Shown piece by piece: positions 40,221 through 50,152 of a stretch of 64,000 bases of DNA. The notes beneath the pieces were generated by a model. The model saw only the letters and a program-made list of their open reading frames with translations, made no database searches and was not told where the DNA came from. The number at the start of each line of letters is the position of its first letter. Within the stretch, counting starts at the first letter, position 1. The DNA comes from Candidatus Latescibacterota bacterium (GTDB lineage: Bacteria > Latescibacterota > UBA2968 > UBA8231): assembly GCA_965206595.1 (NCBI GenBank), contig OZ242214.1, forward strand, positions 1,728,001 through 1,792,000, read 5' to 3'. Made by a program: the position numbers and the translations under genes.

Positions 40221-40865
40221 ATGTCAGCTGACAAGCCGAGAGCTTCGGCCTGCAACGAACAGGCCCTGCTCGAGTATCTGGATGGAAGTCTTCCGGTCCA
40301 CCGGCGCACCTTAGTCGAAAGCCATGCCGAACGGTGCGAGGTCTGCCGGCGAAATTTGGCCGGCTTTGAGAAGACCCTTGCAATGACCGCAGCCGTTCCG
40401 GTACCGGCCATGGATGCCTTCGTCTCCTCCGGGTTCGGAGCCAGGATCCGGCGTCGAATCGGGGAATACAGCGGCCGGAGGTCGTGGGCGAGGCGGTGGT
40501 CTCCTGCTTTTTCCGGAGCGATTGCCGGTGCGGCTACTGTGCTCCTTGTTCTTGCAGCCAGCGAACGCCTCTCTTTGGTCGAACCCGAGCGGCCTGCGGC
40601 TTCCAGCCTTTCCGCGGACCACGATGGCAATGAATCCGCCGGCTCTTCTGGCCTCGAAGAGTTTCTGGCAACAGTCCTCCTCCTCCTGTATGAGGATGAA
40701 GTATATGGAGGGGAAGTCCCGGGGGTGGCCGTCCCTCCCGATCTCGATTCCGAAGTCTCCGAGTATCTCCTCGACACGGCGAGCGAAGCGGAGTTGCTGG
40801 AACAGATGGAGTTGTTGGCCGAGGGAGAAGACCTCTACGCGTTGACAGGGAGTGAGGAAAGGTGA
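40221..40865 (+). CDS. zinc-finger (ZAS, HxxxCxxC) anti-sigma factor
   Basis: YLDGSL...HAERCEVC, single TM, follows ECF sigma. Confidence 0.85.
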   Translation: MSADKPRASACNEQALLEYLDGSLPVHRRTLVESHAERCEVCRRNLAGFEKTLAMTAAVPVPAMDAFVSSGFGARIRRRIGEYSGRRSWARRWSPAFSGAIAGAATVLLVLAASERLSLVEPERPAASSLSADHDGNESAGSSGLEEFLATVLLLLYEDEVYGGEVPGVAVPPDLDSEVSEYLLDTASEAELLEQMELLAEGEDLYALTGSEER

Positions 40866-41386
40866 TGGCAACCGCAACATTCGTTTTCCTGATGCTGTCT
40901 CTCACAGAGGCGGTGTGGAGTCAACCGCCTTCTGAAGACGGGCGTTCACGAGACCGCATTCAGTTCCTGAAAATGTGGAGGCTCGTCGACCAGCTAGAAA
41001 TCGACGTCGATCAGGCCGCGGTGCTGTTTCCCCTCCTGAGCCAGCACCACCGCAAAATGGACGAGATGCGGACTCAGAGAAAACAGGCTGCCCGCGACCT
41101 CAGGCATCTCCTGGGAGGGGAATCTCCCAAGGACTCTGCGTTGCTCGCTGCCATGGAAAAGGTAGCCGACCTCGACAGCCGCTTGCGGGTGACCGATGAT
41201 GAGTTCAAAAAGAGACTGGAGAGCCACTTGACGGTTCCGCAACGGGCAAAGCTCGTGCTGTTCTCGGACCATTTCCGGCGCGATCTTCGCGAAATCGTGG
41301 AAGGCATGCGGACATATGAGGGCGGCCGCGGCTCGAGGTGGCGCGAAGGTCCCCCTCCGACTCAGGAAGAGCGCAACCGGGACTGA
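40865..41386 (+). CDS. Spy/CpxP-like periplasmic helical protein
   Basis: Signal peptide, helical bundle, LTVPQRAK motif; third gene of sigma/anti-sigma operon. Confidence 0.7.
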   Translation: MATATFVFLMLSLTEAVWSQPPSEDGRSRDRIQFLKMWRLVDQLEIDVDQAAVLFPLLSQHHRKMDEMRTQRKQAARDLRHLLGGESPKDSALLAAMEKVADLDSRLRVTDDEFKKRLESHLTVPQRAKLVLFSDHFRRDLREIVEGMRTYEGGRGSRWREGPPPTQEERNRD

Positions 41387-41399
41387 CGGATCCAGGCGC

Positions 41400-42086
41400 T
41401 TGAAGCGCTATTCACCGCGGCATGTAGAGCGCACCCTGAGCAAGTACGACACCAGGGAGACGGCCGTAGCCGTGGGCAGGAACCTTGAGCTGTCCATCGT
41501 CGAGACTGCGGATGCCTACGCTCTTCTGGACCGGCTCATAGAACGGGATCCGCAATGTCATCAGCGCTTTCCGTACTGGGCCGAGGTGTGGCCGGCGGCC
41601 CTTGGTCTGTCGCGATGGTTTTACGACAGGCGATTGCCAGCGGCAGATGCCGTCGAGCTGGGCTGCGGCCTGGGGCTGGTCGGCATAGCGCTGGCGCGCC
41701 TGGGTTGGCGCGTCGAAGCGACCGATTACGTCGAAGACGCACTGGTATTCACCTCCCACAACGCCGCCAGGAACCGGGCAGGGCCCGGCCACCAGGTCGC
41801 CTATCTCGATTGGCAGCACCCGGTTGGAAGACCCCACGAGTGCATGGTCGCGTCCGATATCGCCTACGAACGCCGTGACCACCGCTACCTGAACCGCCTT
41901 CTGAAATCCCTCCTCAAACCGGGGGGAAGGCTCTATCTGAGCGACCCGCGCAGACCTGTTGTCGCCACTTTCATCTCGGGTCTTCGCAACCGGGGGTACA
42001 CCCACCACCAAGAGACAATTGAAACAAACTGGCGGGGGCAGGAACAGGAGGTCGACATCCACGTCCTGACCCGGCCTACGAACTGA
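41400..42086 (+). CDS. class I SAM methyltransferase (METTL21/Methyltransf_16-like)
   Basis: FPYWAEVWPAA, VELGCGLGLVG, ATDY, LDW, ASDIAYE, LSDP. Confidence 0.85.
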   Translation: MKRYSPRHVERTLSKYDTRETAVAVGRNLELSIVETADAYALLDRLIERDPQCHQRFPYWAEVWPAALGLSRWFYDRRLPAADAVELGCGLGLVGIALARLGWRVEATDYVEDALVFTSHNAARNRAGPGHQVAYLDWQHPVGRPHECMVASDIAYERRDHRYLNRLLKSLLKPGGRLYLSDPRRPVVATFISGLRNRGYTHHQETIETNWRGQEQEVDIHVLTRPTN

Positions 42087-42113
42087 TCTGCGGACGGGTT
42101 CCGGGATTCCGCC

Positions 42114-43061
42114 CTATCCCAGCAGCGTTTGCAGGTGAACGTCCACGGAAGACGCCGTGGCCCCGAGATCGTATCCCCCTTCGAGCAGGGAGACGAGGCG
42201 ACCGTCGCAATGGTCGCGCGCCATGGCGGCCACCGTTTCCGTCAATATCTCGAACCCTTTCTCAGTCAGCTGGACCCCTCCCAGCGGATCGGCGCGGTGG
42301 GCATCGAATCCAGCGGACAAAAGCAGGAACTCCGGCTCGAATGAGTCGATTGCAGGCCGCAGCACCTCAGCAAAAAGATGGGCGTATTCGGTGTCTCCGG
42401 TCCCCGCAGGGACGGGAACATTCAGCGTCGCCCCGGTACCGGCACCGACCCCTCGTTCCCCCGCGGCTCCCGTTCCGGGGTAGTGGGGATACTGGTGAAT
42501 GCTGAAGAACAGGATATCGGGATCCGATTCGAAGCTGTGCTGGGTCCCGTTGCCGTGATGGACGTCCCAATCGACAATGGCTATGCGACGGACTCCGTGG
42601 CGGATGCGCAGGTGCCTGGCCGCAACGGCGACATGGTTGAAGTAGCAGAATCCCATCGCCTGTTCCCGCTCGGCGTGGTGACCGGGAGGGCGGTGGGCGC
42701 AGAATGCATTGTCTACAGTACCCGAAACCACGGCATCGACAGCCGCGATCGCTCCGCCAGATGCAAGGCGGGCGGCGCCAAACGTCGCCCCTGAGATGCC
42801 GGTATCGGGCGTCAGGTCGGTGGTTCTTCCCGTCGCGGAGAGGCGCTCAATGAAGTCGACGAAGTCGACGTGGCGGGGGCTGTGGACCTGTATCAAACTC
42901 GTCCGGTCGGCCTCGGAAGGCTTGAGTCCAATCAGACGCTCCCAGGTGCCTGACTCATGCAACCGGCGCGAGATCGCCAACAACCGGTCGGCGCACTCCG
43001 GATGTCCGGGACCGTTGTAGTGATCGAGGAACCGATCGTGTGTCAGGAAGCCGGTGGCCAT
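42114..43061 (-). CDS. histone deacetylase family protein
   Basis: HPECADR, RPPGHHA, MGFCYFN, DWDVHHGNGTQ, SAGFDAH, LEGGY. Confidence 0.95.
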   Translation of the reverse strand: MATGFLTHDRFLDHYNGPGHPECADRLLAISRRLHESGTWERLIGLKPSEADRTSLIQVHSPRHVDFVDFIERLSATGRTTDLTPDTGISGATFGAARLASGGAIAAVDAVVSGTVDNAFCAHRPPGHHAEREQAMGFCYFNHVAVAARHLRIRHGVRRIAIVDWDVHHGNGTQHSFESDPDILFFSIHQYPHYPGTGAAGERGVGAGTGATLNVPVPAGTGDTEYAHLFAEVLRPAIDSFEPEFLLLSAGFDAHRADPLGGVQLTEKGFEILTETVAAMARDHCDGRLVSLLEGGYDLGATASSVDVHLQTLLG

Positions 43062-43519
43062 TGGGACCGTTCGCCATGGTAGCGAACCGCAAGGATCGCC
43101 CTTCGACCGAGATGACGGATGTCTTCGGCGATCTCGTCACCCCGCAGCTGCTCGTGGTCATACCACCTGAAACGGGCAGCCTCGCGCTCGTTGAGGAATA
43201 CCTCCCCGGAATCGCTGACCTCTGCGAAGAAAATGAGATCGATATGCTGGTGTTCCGGTGCGATATCCTCGAGGAGAATGCAGGATGGCTGCGTCAGCAC
43301 AGTGACGTTTCCGAGGATCCTCCGACTTCCGAGAAGTTCGACCTCGAGCCCGGTCTCCTCGCGGACTTCGCGAACTGCCGCCTCCTCGGGTAGCTCGTTT
43401 TTCGCTATGTGACCTCCAGGGGGAAGCCATGCTTGCATCTTGTTGTGCCACAACAATAGAACCTTATGGTTCCGGACGACGAACGTAGTCGCGGTGAAGT
43501 CTCGGGAGGGGATGGTCAT
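43043..43519 (-). CDS. NUDIX hydrolase
   Basis: PGGHIAKNELPEEAAVREVREETGL Nudix box. Confidence 0.92.
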   Translation of the reverse strand: MTIPSRDFTATTFVVRNHKVLLLWHNKMQAWLPPGGHIAKNELPEEAAVREVREETGLEVELLGSRRILGNVTVLTQPSCILLEDIAPEHQHIDLIFFAEVSDSGEVFLNEREAARFRWYDHEQLRGDEIAEDIRHLGRRAILAVRYHGERSQWPPAS

Positions 43520-43603
43520 GGAAGCGGCCTGATGTTCCCACATAATACTCCCTCCCCCGGGTCGGGCGGCGGGAGTCGGTTACAGCTGCCCTCGGAGCGA
43601 CCT

Positions 43604-43633
43604 TTGACATCCCCCTGAGGCGCAGAATATTCT
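43604..43633 (+). promoter_or_regulatory. possible sigma70 promoter
   Basis: TTGACA-18 bp-TATTCT. Confidence 0.45.
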
Positions 43634-43812
43634 AACCCCCACGAGGTTTCCTTCTACATACAATCGACGATCGGCTGCACCAGCCCGGGGTTTTCAGCCG
43701 CTACCACCCTTCCCCCACCGCCCGCGGATACCACGATCCGGGCGGATGCAGGAAGCAAGGAGGGTGAAAGCCGATCCCCTGAATGGCGCCCAGTAACGAA
43801 AAATCCCTCAGG

Positions 43813-44898
43813 ATGAATCGCACCTGGAAAACAGGATCCGTTTGGGAGCGGGCGGTTCTCAAATGGAGATCGTTGTTTCCCTCCGAGAAAGAGACACTCG
43901 ACGTTTTCTCGGAACTAAAAAGGGCGGAGCGAATTCTGGTTCTGCCCAGTGACCGCCCGGGCGGCATTTTTCTCGGGGTCCCAGTATACATGGGGCTTCG
44001 CTGGTGCTATCCGGACGCCGAAATAGCCCTCGTCTGTGGAGAACACATGGCAGGGCTCGCCAAGCAGATCCCCTGTATCGACGAGGTCATCACCGCCGAG
44101 CTGGACTCCGGCCAGATCTGGAACTCATCCCTGCGCGGATTCACAAAGTCGCTGCGGAGTCGCCAGTTGGATCTCGCTTTCTGCCTGGGACCGGACTGCA
44201 GCTTCCGACTTTGCCAGGTTTGCGCCGAGAGCGGAGCCCGGCTTCGGGTCGGATTCAGTCGCCCGGATCCGGGAAATTGGTTCAACATCGAGATCGTGTG
44301 CAAAGACAGGCATGCTTTCGAGGGGAGGCAGTACGAAGTGATGTTGAGCCTGCTAGGTCTGGAGAGTGGCGGAAAGGGCGGCTGGTCGATCCCTCAGGAT
44401 CGTTACCGTGAGGTGTGGTGCCGCCACCTCTCAGGAGAATTCGGGGCCGGCGACGTCGTCGCCATCGACCTGTCGCGGCGGGAAGGGAAGGGGATGAGCA
44501 GGCGGCAGATCGACGACATGGTCCGGGACCTGATCGAAGGGGGTTCAAGGGCGGTCCTGTTCTTTTCCCTCGCGGAGAGAAAACTGGTCGACTATCTTAA
44601 ATCGACATACGACAAACAAATTCTCGCCTTCGATTTCCAGGATGTGACCGCGGCGGCCGCCCTGCTGGGAGGTTGTCGCGCACTGATATCCTGCAACACC
44701 GATATTCTGCATTTGTCGATTTACCTTCAGGTCCCGGCGGTTGCCATCTTCGACGAAGATTCCCGGCGTTGGATCAGTCCCGGAAACGATCGGGTCGTGG
44801 TCGTTCAGGCCAAAAACGTGCGGGGGGTGAGCATCAGCGAGATCCGGGAAGCACTGGGCAAGGCCAGAAGGTTGCAGCCGCCCCCGTCCACCCTATAG
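43813..44898 (+). CDS. glycosyltransferase family 9 (heptosyltransferase-like)
   Basis: RILVL..DRPGG, YPDAEI, LDLAF, RVGF, LISCNTDILHLS, VPAVAIF. Confidence 0.78.
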   Translation: MNRTWKTGSVWERAVLKWRSLFPSEKETLDVFSELKRAERILVLPSDRPGGIFLGVPVYMGLRWCYPDAEIALVCGEHMAGLAKQIPCIDEVITAELDSGQIWNSSLRGFTKSLRSRQLDLAFCLGPDCSFRLCQVCAESGARLRVGFSRPDPGNWFNIEIVCKDRHAFEGRQYEVMLSLLGLESGGKGGWSIPQDRYREVWCRHLSGEFGAGDVVAIDLSRREGKGMSRRQIDDMVRDLIEGGSRAVLFFSLAERKLVDYLKSTYDKQILAFDFQDVTAAAALLGGCRALISCNTDILHLSIYLQVPAVAIFDEDSRRWISPGNDRVVVVQAKNVRGVSISEIREALGKARRLQPPPSTL

Positions 44899-45000
44899 TC
44901 TCCGAAACCGCCGCAAAAGGCGAGGATGTAGCCGGAGGCGAGCGGTCATTTCCCAAGCAACAACCCTGCATTCAAACAGGCGATAGACAAGAGAGGTTCG

Positions 45001-46269
45001 ATGGCTACGGAAGTCGTCATGCCCAAACTGGGACTCACCATGGAGACCGGGACGATTGGATCCTGGCTGGTATCCGAAGGGGAAACAGTGACGCGTGGGG
45101 CACCGCTGCTCGAGGTCGTCACCGACAAGGTTACAATGGAAGTGGAAGCCCAGGCCTCCGGGGTTCTCCGCAGAATCCTGGTACCGGCAGGGGAAGAGGT
45201 GGCGATCGCTACTCCGGTCGGTATCATTGCCGATGCGGAGGAAGAGATCGGCGATTTCGAGTCTCTGCTCGCGGCAAAGGCAGGAAAGGGAGAGGCGGGG
45301 AGGAGTAGTACCCCGGAGCATGCGCCCGTGTCAGGGCAGCCACTCGCAGTTACAAGAGGTTCGCCGACTCCCGGTCCCGTCTCGCCTTCGGGCCATGGGC
45401 GGCCCCATCGGGCATCCCCAAAGGCGCGCAAGATGGCGGCCTCCCTCGGCCTCGATCTGACGTCCATTCAGGGTTCGGGACCAGGCGGGCGCATTGTCAG
45501 CTCCGACCTGAAAGCCCACGGCGGCTCAGCGGCGCCAGAGGCGGTCCAAGTTCCCGAAACACCGGCCGCGGCTTCCGCGCTGGCTGCAGTCCACGCACCG
45601 GGGACGGTCGAGTTGACTCGTGCCCAGCAGGTTGCTGCCGAACGGCTTACGGCCAGCTATCAGCAGATTCCCCACATCCACATCGGGATGGAGATATCCG
45701 GGGTCTGGCTCCAGCAGTTCCGCCAGGGGTATGCCATCGAGGGGAAAAAGATCTCCTACAACGACCTGATCGTGCAGGCGGTTGGCCGGGTTTTGGGAGA
45801 ACAACCCCGTTTCAACAGCGTGCTGGACGGAACCACCTTGACGCAGCTCGGGGAGGTCAATATCGGAATCGCCGCAGACACCCCGCAGGGGCTGATGGTC
45901 CCGGTAGTCCGCAACGTCCCCAACCTTTCGCTGGAGCAGATTGCCGCTGAGTCCAGGCGCCTCGTTGATGCCGCCCGCAACGGCCGCTTGCAGCCGGACG
46001 ACATGGCAGGCGGCACGTTTACCATTTCGAATCTCGGCATGCTCGGAGTTTCTCGTTTCACTGCCATAATCAATCCCCCTCAGGTCGCAATACTCGCCGT
46101 AGGCACCCTCGAAGACAAGGTGGTGGCCATCGAGAATCACGGGATGGCGGTTCGCCCCCAGATGTCGGTGACCCTGGCAGCCGATCACCGCGCCCTCGAC
46201 GGTGCGGCCTGTGCCCGGTTTCTCGGCCGCCTGAAGGAGACTCTCGAGACGCCCGGTCTTCTGGCCTGA
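45001..46269 (+). CDS. dihydrolipoamide acyltransferase (E2)
   Basis: Lipoyl domain VVTDKVTMEV, ASPKARKMA...GSGPGGRI, GGTFTISNLG, DHRALDG. Confidence 0.95.
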   Translation: MATEVVMPKLGLTMETGTIGSWLVSEGETVTRGAPLLEVVTDKVTMEVEAQASGVLRRILVPAGEEVAIATPVGIIADAEEEIGDFESLLAAKAGKGEAGRSSTPEHAPVSGQPLAVTRGSPTPGPVSPSGHGRPHRASPKARKMAASLGLDLTSIQGSGPGGRIVSSDLKAHGGSAAPEAVQVPETPAAASALAAVHAPGTVELTRAQQVAAERLTASYQQIPHIHIGMEISGVWLQQFRQGYAIEGKKISYNDLIVQAVGRVLGEQPRFNSVLDGTTLTQLGEVNIGIAADTPQGLMVPVVRNVPNLSLEQIAAESRRLVDAARNGRLQPDDMAGGTFTISNLGMLGVSRFTAIINPPQVAILAVGTLEDKVVAIENHGMAVRPQMSVTLAADHRALDGAACARFLGRLKETLETPGLLA

Positions 46270-46291
46270 GCAGAGATCTATTCCGGAGCCT

Positions 46292-46351
46292 CTGCCCCAT
46301 ATCGCGATCACAGCCGCTTTGCTTGACCGCGATATGGGGCAGGGTTATTTT
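46292..46351 (+). promoter_or_regulatory. 15-bp perfect inverted repeat overlapping ftsH promoter
   Basis: ctgccccatatcgcg (46292-46306) / cgcgatatggggcag (46328-46342); TTGACC-17 bp-TATTTT at 46323-46351. Confidence 0.6.
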
Positions 46352-46402
46352 CAACGGCGCACGTAACTTTATGTTTCTTCAACTTCTTAGGACGATTCTC
46401 CA

Positions 46403-48370
46403 GTGAGACTGGATCGCCGAACGCAGCTGTCGATCGCGTACGCGATACTGACCGTTCTGCTCCTTCTCGTCATTCAGAGTTATCTCCAAGTCCAGGTTCA
46501 TACGCTTCCATACAGCGACTTCCGCGCCATGGTCGCTGAAGGAGCAGTCCGGGAAGTCTCCATCGGATCCGATTCGATCACTGGCAAGTATTTCTCAGAC
46601 GGTGCTGAGAAGAGTTTCGTGGTGACCCGGGTGGATGACCCGGAATTGGTCAGCCTCCTCGCCGAGCACGATATCGATTTTTCCGGTAAGATCGAGAGCA
46701 CTTGGTTCACGACGCTGCTGTCCTGGGTTCTTCCGGCCCTGATTTTCGTCGGTATCTGGATGCTGATGGCCCGCCGCATGGGGGGTGGATCCGGGGGCTT
46801 GATGTCGATCGGCAAGAGCAAGGCCAAAGTGTACATGGAGAAGGGGACGGGAATAACCTTCGACGACGTTGCCGGTATCGACGAGGCCAAGGAAGAGCTG
46901 GAAGAAGTAGTCGAGTTTCTCAAGACCCCGGAGCGGTTTCAGGCCCTCGGAGGCCGCATACCGCGGGGGGTGCTGCTGGTCGGTCCCCCAGGCACGGGAA
47001 AAACCCTGCTGGCAAAGGCCGTGGCCGGGCAGGCCGAAGTCCCCTTCTTCTCGATCAGCGGTTCGGACTTCGTCGAGATGTTCGTGGGAGTCGGGGCGGC
47101 GCGTGTTCGCGATCTTTTCGAGCAGGCGAAGAAGCACGCTCCGGCGATCGTCTTCATCGATGAGCTCGATGCGCTAGGCAAAGCCAGAGGGGTCGGCTCA
47201 TTCGGTGGCCACGACGAGCGCGAACAGACCCTGAATCAGCTTCTGACCGAACTCGACGGGTTCGGCACCAACGTTGGAATTATCCTGATGGCCGCGACCA
47301 ACAGGCCGGAAATTCTTGACCCGGCGTTGCTGCGACCGGGGCGCTTCGACCGTACCGTTACCGTCGACCGGCCTGATGTAAAGGGACGAACCGCCATCCT
47401 CGAGATTCACGCCCGCGATACCAAACTCGCCGACGAGGTCGAGCTGAAAAAGGTGGCGATCCAGACTCCTGGGTTCGCCGGTGCCGATCTCGCAAACGTC
47501 GTTAACGAAGCGGCGCTGCTCGCCGCGCGGCGTGACAAGCAAACCATCACCATGGATGAGCTCAGCGAGGCTGTGGAGCGAGCCGTCGCAGGCCTCGAGC
47601 GCAAGAGCCGTGTCCTGAACGAGAAGGAACGCCGCATCGTCGCCTATCACGAGGCGGGTCACGCGATCGTCGGAGAAGTGCTCGATGATGCGAATCCCGT
47701 TCAGAAAATTTCGATAATCCCCAGGGGAGTCGGTGCTCTCGGCTACACTATGAACATGCCGACGGAGGACCGTTACCTGATGACGAGGGAAGAGCTGCTC
47801 GACAACACCTGTGCCCTGCTGGGGGGACGCGCCGCCGAAGAGATCGTTTTCGGGGAAATTTCGACCGGCGCTGCCAGCGATCTGCAGAAAGCGACGCAGA
47901 TTGCCGAGAGCATGGTAAAGGAATACGGCATGAGCGAAAGGCTCGGCCTTGTCGCCTATCGCGAAAGCCGTCAACAGCAGTTCCTGGGAATCCCCAACGG
48001 GGAAAAACTCTACAGCGAGGACACCGCCAGGCGCATCGACGGCGAGGTAGCGCGCATCATCGACGAGTCGTACTCCAGGGCGAAGGAGGTTCTCGTCGAA
48101 CGGCGCGAGGTGTTGGAAAAGGTCGTAGGGGTGCTGTTCGAAAAAGAGATAATGGAGGGGGAAGAGTTGCGGCATCTGCTCAGCGGGGATGAATCCGAAC
48201 CGCTGTCCGAGAGCGCAGACGGGAACCAGAGCGGCTCGGAAACCGGCCCCGACTCTTCCGCTTCCGGTAATGGAAAAACCGCCGACTCCGACGTCAGCGT
48301 TGATTCCGTTCCAACCGACTCCCTCGCACCCACCCGCCCCACTGCCGACGACGGGAGCCGCGAAGAGTAA
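46403..48370 (+). CDS. ftsH: ATP-dependent zinc metalloprotease FtsH
   Basis: 2 [42 protein letters not shown]. Confidence 0.97.
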   Translation: MRLDRRTQLSIAYAILTVLLLLVIQSYLQVQVHTLPYSDFRAMVAEGAVREVSIGSDSITGKYFSDGAEKSFVVTRVDDPELVSLLAEHDIDFSGKIESTWFTTLLSWVLPALIFVGIWMLMARRMGGGSGGLMSIGKSKAKVYMEKGTGITFDDVAGIDEAKEELEEVVEFLKTPERFQALGGRIPRGVLLVGPPGTGKTLLAKAVAGQAEVPFFSISGSDFVEMFVGVGAARVRDLFEQAKKHAPAIVFIDELDALGKARGVGSFGGHDEREQTLNQLLTELDGFGTNVGIILMAATNRPEILDPALLRPGRFDRTVTVDRPDVKGRTAILEIHARDTKLADEVELKKVAIQTPGFAGADLANVVNEAALLAARRDKQTITMDELSEAVERAVAGLERKSRVLNEKERRIVAYHEAGHAIVGEVLDDANPVQKISIIPRGVGALGYTMNMPTEDRYLMTREELLDNTCALLGGRAAEEIVFGEISTGAASDLQKATQIAESMVKEYGMSERLGLVAYRESRQQQFLGIPNGEKLYSEDTARRIDGEVARIIDESYSRAKEVLVERREVLEKVVGVLFEKEIMEGEELRHLLSGDESEPLSESADGNQSGSETGPDSSASGNGKTADSDVSVDSVPTDSLAPTRPTADDGSREE

Positions 48371-48820
48371 ACGACCCAGAAGGGAAGATGTCATCCCGAC
48401 ACCTCCCGTTTCCCGGGCTGGAGCCCAGGGCCTTGGGCCGGACCGCCGGATCGGGCAGCAGCCCTTCTGCTTCTGCACACAAGTATTTCCCCGGAGATTG
48501 ATCTTCAGGATTCCCCGGCGAAGCCCCGGCTTGGTGGAACTGGGCTCAACCCCGCACCTCTTCTGCCTTTTCTGCAGTTCGTGCGGAACGGATCAGGATC
48601 CCGCACCAGTATCCGTTCAGGAGCCACCCGCCATTCTTTTCAAGAATCTCGAGTTCGGGGCATCGCAAGCAGGAGGAGCGCCTTCATGGTGCAGTCCGCT
48701 CTCGCCTTCGCATCGTCCTTGTCAACAGGGCTGAGTTTCGCCTCTACGAACAATCCTGTACAGCTGTTCGCAGCTGTGGCGTGCAAGTGCAGCCCCTGCT
48801 CGCGCTGACGGGCTTCAATC

Positions 48821-50077
48821 TTGAACCGAAGCCTCGAAAGCTCCGGGGCCGGCGGCAATGGCTTCCTGGCGCCCCTGCGAAACCGCGATTTTCTGCGCCT
48901 GCTCATTAGCAACGGCCTCTGGTGGCAGGCCATGGGGGTCGAGCAGGTCGTCATCGGCTGGCTGGCGCTGGAGCTGACCGATTCGGCCTGGTGGGTGGCG
49001 TTGATCGGGTTTTTCCGCTCGGCCCCGATGCCCCTTGCCGGGGTTTTCGGGCCGGTTATCGTGGAGCGATTTCAGCGCCGACAGGTTATCGTTTTCGCCC
49101 AGAGTGTCACTTTTCTCTCGGTCGGCACGGTCACCCTTCTTCACCTGCAGGAGTCACTGTCGTACTGGCATCTGGCGGCCGCGGCGACGGTTACCGGCAC
49201 TGTCTGGTCCATGGACTGGCCCACGCGCCGTTCGCTCTTCCCGGACCTGCTGGGAAAAAGCAAGGTTGTCGACGCCATGTTCCTCGACAACCTGCTTCAG
49301 GGCGTTACCCGAGTGTTCGGCCCGCTTTCCGCAGGCGCCATCGTTGCCGTCATCGGCACCCGGGGGGCCCTGATCGCCCTGACTGCCACCGCAGGCGTTT
49401 CGGTGCTGGTACTGGCCGGCATCCGCACCCGGTCGCGCTCACCGCAACGACCTGGAGGTCTGGCCGATTCCGCCCGACGCTGCCGAGATGGCCTGCGCTA
49501 CGTCTTCGGCAACCGAGCCATTCTTGGGGTTCTTCTGATAACGGTGGCAATGAACCTGTGGGCGTTTCCTTACCTGGATCTGCTGCCGGTATTCGCCCGC
49601 GACATCCTCGGAACGGATGTCCTCGGGCTCGGGTTGCTCGGGGCCGCCAGCGGCCTTGGAAACCTGGCCGGTCTGCTACTGATCGCCTTGCTGAGAAGGA
49701 CCAGGAGCCAAGCGTGGATCTTCGTAGCCGCCTCCATGGTCTCCTGTCTGGGGTTGATCGGTTTCTCGCAATCGAACTCGTTGCCGGTGTCGTTGTCGAT
49801 TCTGGCAGCCGTAGGCGTCGGACATGCGGGATTCAGCGTCATGCAAAGCACGATTATTCTCGTCGAGTCCTCCGACCTGATGCGGGCGAGGGCGATGGGG
49901 ACCCTCGTGATCGCCATCGGATTCGGACCCTTGGGACGCATTCTGGCGGGGGGAATGGCCGAGACCTGGAGCCCTCCGGCCGCGGTCGGCTGTATGGCCG
50001 CGTCTGCCCTGTCGGTCATTGCCGGCATCGCCTTCGGGCTGCGGGGGTTCGTTCATCGAAACGATCCTGCCCGCTGA
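48821..50077 (+). CDS. MFS transporter
   Basis: About 12 hydrophobic segments, PLRNRDF, DWPTRRS, LLPVFARDILG, MRARAMG. Confidence 0.9.
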   Translation: MNRSLESSGAGGNGFLAPLRNRDFLRLLISNGLWWQAMGVEQVVIGWLALELTDSAWWVALIGFFRSAPMPLAGVFGPVIVERFQRRQVIVFAQSVTFLSVGTVTLLHLQESLSYWHLAAAATVTGTVWSMDWPTRRSLFPDLLGKSKVVDAMFLDNLLQGVTRVFGPLSAGAIVAVIGTRGALIALTATAGVSVLVLAGIRTRSRSPQRPGGLADSARRCRDGLRYVFGNRAILGVLLITVAMNLWAFPYLDLLPVFARDILGTDVLGLGLLGAASGLGNLAGLLLIALLRRTRSQAWIFVAASMVSCLGLIGFSQSNSLPVSLSILAAVGVGHAGFSVMQSTIILVESSDLMRARAMGTLVIAIGFGPLGRILAGGMAETWSPPAAVGCMAASALSVIAGIAFGLRGFVHRNDPAR

Positions 50078-50152
50078 TAGAGAAGTATTTGACCGGTGCC
50101 GGGGGCGATCCCTATGGTAGAGCCTTTCTACCCGCCTATGGAGATGTGAACC

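Larger units (their letters stand above)
39530..40221 (+). pseudogene. ECF sigma factor, frameshifted by an 11-bp duplication and carrying an in-frame 48-bp duplication
   Basis: Region 2 DLAQETFVKAY...FRGHSSLYTWLYRIA; removing one agcgaagtatt copy restores RQRSIFVMRHYDDLSHGEIAEVVGTSEGAVRAGYFHAVRKLR...TAA overlapping the next ATG. Confidence 0.9.
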
